Assembly (NCBI GenBank): GCA_963715435.1 | Contig: OY970243.1 | Location: 1,716,320 to 1,780,319 of the forward strand | Direction: 5' to 3' | DNA: 64,000 nucleotides | Origin: Vulcanimicrobiota bacterium | Lineage (GTDB): Bacteria > Vulcanimicrobiota > Vulcanimicrobiia > Vulcanimicrobiales > Vulcanimicrobiaceae | In this document: piece by piece, positions 59,300-64,000 of the stretch | How the letters are laid out: each line of letters begins with the position of its first letter | How positions within the stretch are numbered: position 1 is the first letter of the stretch | The notes under the pieces: model-generated | The model's input: only the letters and a program-made list of their open reading frames with translations | What the model was told of the DNA's origin: nothing | Database searches by the model: none | Made by a program: the position numbers and the translations under genes

Positions 59300-60463
59300 T
59301 CAATACTTCAAGGGCGGAGGAAAGGCAATCGTCATCGCGCCGCCGAGCGTGGGAACCTGGCCAGGCGATCCGATCGGGGACACCTCCTGGACGAGCAGGC
59401 GCACCGGCCCAATCATACCGGCGGCGTAATAGGTGAAGTCCCGCACGACGGCCGGGTTCGCCTGGGCGTCGTACCGGATCCCTAGATAGGCGTGCGAGAT
59501 GGGATAGAACTTCAGGCGGGCGTAACCGCCGCTGCTCCACTGGTTCGTCCCGGCGCCGTCGGCGTTGTGATCGTCGCCCCACCACTGCTCGGCTTGCAAA
59601 TCGAACTTCCATAGCGACGCATGCGCCAGCAAACCGTACCGCTGATACGGATCGTCGAACGGTTTGCTGCCGGTCAGCAAAATGTTACGCGAGCCGTTGA
59701 GCAACGCGCCGCCAAAATCGAACTCGGCGTCCTTATGCTGTAGTACGGTTTCATCGAGCCATAGGCCGGTTTCCGGAATTGCCGGCGTCGTCGTCTCGCC
59801 GGTATTCACGGGCTTCCCGCCGTAAGCGGCGCCTTTGAACTCACTGACCGCGAACGTAAAGTCAGCTCGCAGATTTCCGATTTGCCGTTCGGTCCACTGG
59901 CCCCATCGAGGCGACGACAATGGAAGATCGTTGAGACCGACGTGTGCGGTGTAGTAGCCGTATTGCTGCAAGTCGTCCAAACGCTCGCCGGGCGATTGCG
60001 CCAGGGGCAGTTCGAACAGACCGAACCGGTACGAGGAGTTCGTGTGTGCGTTGTAGTCGGTTAGGAATCCCAAATAGAGGGCGGACGGGCCTCCGCCCGC
60101 GCCGAGGCTGTAGTGAATGAAGAGCGAGATGTTGCCGAAGTCCTCGTTGCCCAGAACGATGCCGCCGGGGGTCCAACGGCGCGAGCCCGGCGCCGGATTC
60201 TCCGAATACGACATTTGATACCGAATCGCCAGCACCGTGGTGCCGTGCTTGGGCAACGGCAGGCGGTACCCATGCGTGCGAAAGTAAACGCCGAATGCGT
60301 TGAGTTCGGGCATCACGGAGTGGCACGCCGTACAATGGAGACGATAGCGTTGCGCGAAGATGGGAATCGCCGAGGCCGGCGCAGCGCTCGCCAGCGCGAG
60401 CAGCATCGTCGCAGCCAAGGCGACGGCAACGTGTGCCGCTCTACTGCGCAACGATGGATCCAC
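59300..60463 (-). CDS. secreted CxxCH-motif protein with beta-barrel-like body
   Basis: The GTG 60463 start gives signal peptide ...RSRAAHVAVALAATMLLALASAAPASA; ATG 60523 is the alternative. Mature N-terminus IPIFAQRYRLHCTACHSVMPELNAFG carries the heme c motif. About 340 aa of alternating aromatic/Gly sequence follow, ending ...PPPLKY. Confidence 0.55.
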   Translation of the reverse strand: MDPSLRSRAAHVAVALAATMLLALASAAPASAIPIFAQRYRLHCTACHSVMPELNAFGVYFRTHGYRLPLPKHGTTVLAIRYQMSYSENPAPGSRRWTPGGIVLGNEDFGNISLFIHYSLGAGGGPSALYLGFLTDYNAHTNSSYRFGLFELPLAQSPGERLDDLQQYGYYTAHVGLNDLPLSSPRWGQWTERQIGNLRADFTFAVSEFKGAAYGGKPVNTGETTTPAIPETGLWLDETVLQHKDAEFDFGGALLNGSRNILLTGSKPFDDPYQRYGLLAHASLWKFDLQAEQWWGDDHNADGAGTNQWSSGGYARLKFYPISHAYLGIRYDAQANPAVVRDFTYYAAGMIGPVRLLVQEVSPIGSPGQVPTLGGAMTIAFPPPLKY

Positions 60464-60926
60464 GCATGTTCGCCGAGTAATGATAGAAGCAGCCGTAGAG
60501 ATACGTGCCCGCCTTGTCGGCAAGGATCGTTTGCGACGCCGCGCCGGCCTGTAATGCGCCGCTGCTCCAGCCTCCAGAGAGCGTCGCGCCAGTCTGGCTC
60601 AACGCACTCGACTTGAAGGGATACTTGCTGGGAAACTGCTTCTCGTTACTGGTGTCTGCCGCGGGAATGGATGTCGAGGTATGATTGAACCCGTCGGCGT
60701 TCTTGAAAACGATGGAGTCGCCCACCGCAACGTCGAGCACGGGAGGTTTGATCGCAATGCTCGGCCCGTACGGCGTGTTCGTAACTTGTTGATAGACTGT
60801 GAGATTGAGGTCGACGGTGTGCGACACACCGCCGCCTCCGCCCCCGCCCCCGCCAGTGGAACCGATGCCGTTTGGCGTACACGCTGCGAGGGCAATCAAC
60901 AGCGCAATGGCGTTCGCCGGCCTCAT
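60441..60926 (-). CDS. cupredoxin (type 1 copper) lipoprotein
   Basis: Lipobox LAAC and a Gly9 linker. Copper ligands: His (GFNHTS) and C-x2-H-x4-M (GCFYHYSANM). Confidence 0.75.
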   Translation of the reverse strand: MRPANAIALLIALAACTPNGIGSTGGGGGGGGGVSHTVDLNLTVYQQVTNTPYGPSIAIKPPVLDVAVGDSIVFKNADGFNHTSTSIPAADTSNEKQFPSKYPFKSSALSQTGATLSGGWSSGALQAGAASQTILADKAGTYLYGCFYHYSANMRGSIVAQ

Positions 60927-61441
60927 CGCGCGGTCACCTTTGAAGCGACGGCGTCGACGACGTCGCCGGCCAAGTCTGTCGATGCGAGCATCGTCTTGAC
61001 GAATCGTCCGTCGGCGTCGAATACGTAGACGAATGTCGTATGCGCCTCGCGGTACCCGTTCTTGCCGGTCTCGGCAATGACGCCGAAGCGATTCATGACG
61101 GTACGCACGTCCGCCACGGCGCCGCCGGCAACGAGCCAGTGATGCGAATCGGCGCAGAACGTGCGCGCGATCTTGCGCATATCGGCGAGGGAGTCGTGCT
61201 CAGGATCGAGCGTGATCGTTACGAGCGTGGCATCGATCTTGCGCCGCGCGAGCCTGCGGGCAGCCTGCGCGAACTGCGCGTCGATCAGCGGACATGCGTC
61301 GCTGCAATGCGCCGAGATGAACGTGATCGCGACGGGGCGCCCGCGCAAGGACTCGAGGGTAAACGCGTGGCCGTTTTGATCGATCAGCTGCGGAGATCCG
61401 GCTTGCAGCAGCGCCACCACGAGCGCGAAAACGCCGATCAA
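60923..61441 (-). CDS. SCO1/SenC-family copper chaperone (thioredoxin fold)
   Basis: CxxxCP motif (AHCSDACP) and the conserved downstream His region. 4-nt overlaps with both flanking cupredoxin genes. Confidence 0.85.
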   Translation of the reverse strand: MIGVFALVVALLQAGSPQLIDQNGHAFTLESLRGRPVAITFISAHCSDACPLIDAQFAQAARRLARRKIDATLVTITLDPEHDSLADMRKIARTFCADSHHWLVAGGAVADVRTVMNRFGVIAETGKNGYREAHTTFVYVFDADGRFVKTMLASTDLAGDVVDAVASKVTAR

Positions 61442-62010
61442 CGCTGAAGGTCCGGGCCGGGCTTTGCGCCGGCTTTGACGACGATCACGTCGCGCATGCC
61501 GAGGCTATAGTGGTACGCGCACCCGATGATGTAGGCTCCGGCTTTGACGAGCTTGGCTTTGACGGTTTGTCCTGGATTGAGATTGCCGCTCGCATAACCG
61601 AGGCCGAACTTACCTCGGCCGTGCGCCGTGGGCGACAGGGACGGATTCGCCGGGAAATGCGCCGGTGGTTTACCGGCCTTTTCGATGACGTTGAGCGTAT
61701 GCGAATTGGTTTTTGAAAGATTGCGAATCGTCACCGTCGTGCCGGGTGGAAACGCGAGTACTTGTGCCTTCTTCGTCTGCGTGAAACCGCCGACCTTACC
61801 CCACGTCGGATCCTTCTTCGATCCTACGCCTTCGCCGGGAAGCTCTTCGCCGATCGTGTGTTTTGGAAGATTATCCGGAAGCGTGAATGAGATGTCGAAC
61901 GGCATCGCCGGCGTTAACGACGAGGATACCGCGCTCGTGCGGCCGCCGCCGCAGGCCGCCAGCGCGCTTCCGAGCGCCAGCGACAATGCCGCTACTCCAA
62001 GTTTTTTCAT
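61438..62010 (-). CDS. cupredoxin (type 1 copper) lipoprotein, paralog
   Basis: Lipobox LAAC. Ligands NSHTLN and GCAYHYSLGM. Confidence 0.75.
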   Translation of the reverse strand: MKKLGVAALSLALGSALAACGGGRTSAVSSSLTPAMPFDISFTLPDNLPKHTIGEELPGEGVGSKKDPTWGKVGGFTQTKKAQVLAFPPGTTVTIRNLSKTNSHTLNVIEKAGKPPAHFPANPSLSPTAHGRGKFGLGYASGNLNPGQTVKAKLVKAGAYIIGCAYHYSLGMRDVIVVKAGAKPGPDLQR

Positions 62011-62049
62011 GCGACGACTATAAAACCGGCAGATGAAAAAAGTATTAAG

Positions 62050-62745
62050 CTAGGAACCCGCGTGAAGAAGAACGGCCGCTGTTGCGGCCGTTCCAGTTGT
62101 CTTAGTGAACGGGATCCCACCCGCCGCCGCTGGGGGCGTCGGCGTCGGTCCGCCTCCGCCTTTGGACGGCGGCGTTGCTTGCGGACCCGGTTTTGCGCCT
62201 GCCTTGACGATGAGAATGTCGCGCATGCCGAAGCTATAGTGGAACGCGCATCCGATCATGTACATGCCCGCTTTTGCGAGGACGACCGTGACTGAATGTC
62301 CCGGCTTGATGGGCCCGCTGGCATAGCCGATCTCCAATTTCCCTGCGCCATGCTTCGTAGTCGATAACGCCGGGTTGCTCGGGAAGCGCGCGCGCGTTCC
62401 GAAGATCTGTTTGACTACGTTGAACGTGTGCGTTGTGCTATTCGAGAGGTTGTGAATCGTAATCTTCGTTCCCGGCGGAAACGCAAGCGTTTGCGACCAA
62501 TGCGATTGCGTGAATCCGCCGACCATGCCCTCTTTCATCTTGGCCGTACCGAGCTTGGTCGGCAGATCCTCGCCGATCGTGTGCTTCGGAAGCGTCGCGT
62601 CGATCGCGAGATCGTCGACGGCTGGAAGGGCGTACGACATGCCGCCGCCCATTCCGGCGTTCGGCCCTAAACTACGTCCGCCGCCGCAAGCGGCCAGTAT
62701 GCCTGCCGCCAGAGCGAGCGAGAGTGCTGCAAACTTTCTAAACAT
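62050..62745 (-). CDS. cupredoxin (type 1 copper) lipoprotein, paralog with C-terminal extension
   Basis: ATG at M145 of ORF 62050..63177, with GGAGGA upstream. Lipobox LAAC. Ligands TTHTFN and GCAFHYSFGM. Extra 42-aa Pro/Thr/Gly tail ending in a hydrophobic segment. Confidence 0.75.
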   Translation of the reverse strand: MFRKFAALSLALAAGILAACGGGRSLGPNAGMGGGMSYALPAVDDLAIDATLPKHTIGEDLPTKLGTAKMKEGMVGGFTQSHWSQTLAFPPGTKITIHNLSNSTTHTFNVVKQIFGTRARFPSNPALSTTKHGAGKLEIGYASGPIKPGHSVTVVLAKAGMYMIGCAFHYSFGMRDILIVKAGAKPGPQATPPSKGGGGPTPTPPAAAGGIPFTKTTGTAATAAVLLHAGS

Positions 62746-62806
62746 GTATTCCTCCGGGAGCGTCGGTTCGTACGTCGTCAGCCTACCGGGGTGAAATGAA
62801 GAAAGT

Positions 62807-63625
62807 TTAAATCGTAATGCTGTCGCGCATCGCGGCCGCGATATTCTGCAGAGCAGGGTCGCCGGCGGCGTCGTGAAGCGTCCGCACGAAGGCGTCGCGT
62901 GCTTCGGAGCGGCGCCCTTGGCGCAGGAGAACGGCCCCAAGGGCAAACTCCGCCCGGGCGTAGGTTGGGGAAAGCGACAGCGCCGCGTGCAGCTCGCGCT
63001 CGGCTGAGTCGAGATGCCCCAAGCGTTCCTCGGCGAGCGCCAGGTCGTAATGAGCGACCGCGTACGCGGGATTGGCTCGCAACAGTTTGCCGAAGTCCTC
63101 GCGTGCGGAGATGGAATCGCCGGCCTGCAAAGCGACGATGCCGCGGGCGTAGAGAGCCCGCGCCGAATCGGGCGCAAGCGCGAGAAAACGGTCGGCGACG
63201 CTGCGTGCCTCGCGCAGGTCGTGGCGCTGAATGTCGACCGAGATTAGGTTGGCCATGGCTGCGAGAAAACCGGGATCGAGGCCGATTGCGTCGCGTAGCT
63301 GACGCGCGGCGTCGTCGTAACGCTCGAGATTCGCGTCCGCAATCGCTAAGTCGTAGCGCGCAGTCGAACCCTTGGGCTCCGGTGGATTCAACGCCACGAT
63401 CCGGCTGAACTCGTCCGCGGCGCCTTTCCAATCGTGTCCGGCCAAATCGTCAAGGCCGATGCGGAAGCGCTCTTCCACCTCGCGCTGCGTTGCGAGCGCG
63501 CGAAGCGCCGGCACCGACGTCGTGCGCGGCACCGGCGTCATCGAGGGATACGTCTGGGCGAGCGCGATCGCGGTTGAGAGGAGCGTTGCAAGGATCGCGA
63601 GCGCGCCGGCGAGAGCGAGCCGCAT
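62807..63625 (-). CDS. secreted TPR-repeat protein
   Basis: Signal peptide MRLALAGALAILATLLSTAIALA followed by about 6 TPR-like repeats (A..Y..A......A...F..A). Confidence 0.75.
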   Translation of the reverse strand: MRLALAGALAILATLLSTAIALAQTYPSMTPVPRTTSVPALRALATQREVEERFRIGLDDLAGHDWKGAADEFSRIVALNPPEPKGSTARYDLAIADANLERYDDAARQLRDAIGLDPGFLAAMANLISVDIQRHDLREARSVADRFLALAPDSARALYARGIVALQAGDSISAREDFGKLLRANPAYAVAHYDLALAEERLGHLDSAERELHAALSLSPTYARAEFALGAVLLRQGRRSEARDAFVRTLHDAAGDPALQNIAAAMRDSITI

Positions 63626-63628
63626 GAC

Positions 63629-63895
63629 TTAACGGCTAGCCGGTTCGGTTGGAAGCTCGGCGGCATTCCAGGCATTCGCCGACGCCGCATGCTCCGGCTT
63701 ACAATCCCAGCCCTTGCGCCCGGCCGAAGTGATCGCGCCCAGCAGCGCCGGCGACGACGAGGGAACGAGCTGCCCGGCCAGGAGATCTTCAGCCTGGGCG
63801 GCGCCTGCTAGAGCGACGCGGCCGCCGAAAAATGATCCCGCCAGAAAGGCGGACGCGAGGATCAAACGGGCGAGGGCACTTGACATCAGTTTCAA
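63629..63895 (-). CDS. small secreted hypothetical protein
   Basis: 88 aa with an N-terminal hydrophobic signal-like segment. 3-nt gap to the TPR gene. Confidence 0.4.
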   Translation of the reverse strand: MKLMSSALARLILASAFLAGSFFGGRVALAGAAQAEDLLAGQLVPSSSPALLGAITSAGRKGWDCKPEHAASANAWNAAELPTEPASR

Positions 63896-63905
63896 TTATA
63901 GCCGA

Positions 63906-64000
63906 ATGTCTAAAGAAACCGTGAATCGCACGCTAGGTGCGCTGGCGGTGCTGGGCTCGCTCGTCTTCAGCACTCCGGCGGTCGCACAGGTGCCCCTTGT
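63906..64000 (+). CDS. 5' fragment of a secreted protein (runs off the window)
   Basis: ATG 63906, then MSKETVNRTLGALAVLGSLVFSTPAVAQVPL, which looks like a signal peptide. Only 31 codons are visible. Confidence 0.3.
   Translation, partial: MSKETVNRTLGALAVLGSLVFSTPAVAQVPL

Noticed and set aside
60829-60854. Low-complexity ccgccgcctccgcccccgcccccgcc run, considered as a repeat or slippage tract
   Set aside because: It is in frame within the cupredoxin gene and encodes the Gly9 linker after the lipobox. There are no spacer-repeat periodicity or flanking repeats.

Overview
GC-rich (roughly 60-65% by eye) bacterial chromosomal segment, densely coding on both strands, with many false long ORFs in alternative frames. 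No rRNA, CRISPR array, transposase or integrase was seen.

Gene content, left to right:
- 0-13 kb, housekeeping: murA 3' end, mreB, tsaC-like, LptA/OstA-like, rarA, cysteine desulfurase, a DUF948/YtxH pair, a SpoIIAA/SpoIIAB/SigF-type partner-switching operon, PAS-GGDEF and alaS.
- 13-29 kb: envelope and small membrane proteins, a Ku plus split-LigD NHEJ module, an AIM24/MFS/HtrA operon, tRNA-Leu(CAG), an M3 peptidase and BlaI/BlaR1 (M56 with a TonB_C domain).
- 29-42 kb: GNATs, VOC, SDR, hemerythrin, two convergent guanidino-modifying enzymes, MFS, DagK, an aldo/keto reductase, a large CBM9-like secreted protein, a CadC-like TPR regulator and an M48-RDD fusion.
- 51.7-64 kb: two binding proteins and a GNAT, then a minus-strand array of futalosine-type UbiA/UbiD, a two-component system, a CxxCH beta-barrel, three cupredoxin lipoproteins plus SCO, and a TPR protein.

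Most interesting region, 42.6-51.6 kb: a sigma70-like promoter with a palindromic operator precedes an untracked 39-aa ORF. It is followed by a YtrA-type GntR, an ABC ATPase, two paralogous permeases, a 97-aa ORF, TfuA, YcaO and a 98-aa ORF, all facing a large LuxR/LAL-type regulator. I read this as a candidate uncharacterised thioamide-RiPP-like locus.

A second untracked 42-aa ORF, about 5.6 kb away, shares a C-terminal SG[FL]..GWGP.K motif with the 39-aa ORF.

Starts were re-set by counting residues in the supplied ORF track. Functional calls rest on motif recognition only; no searches were run.
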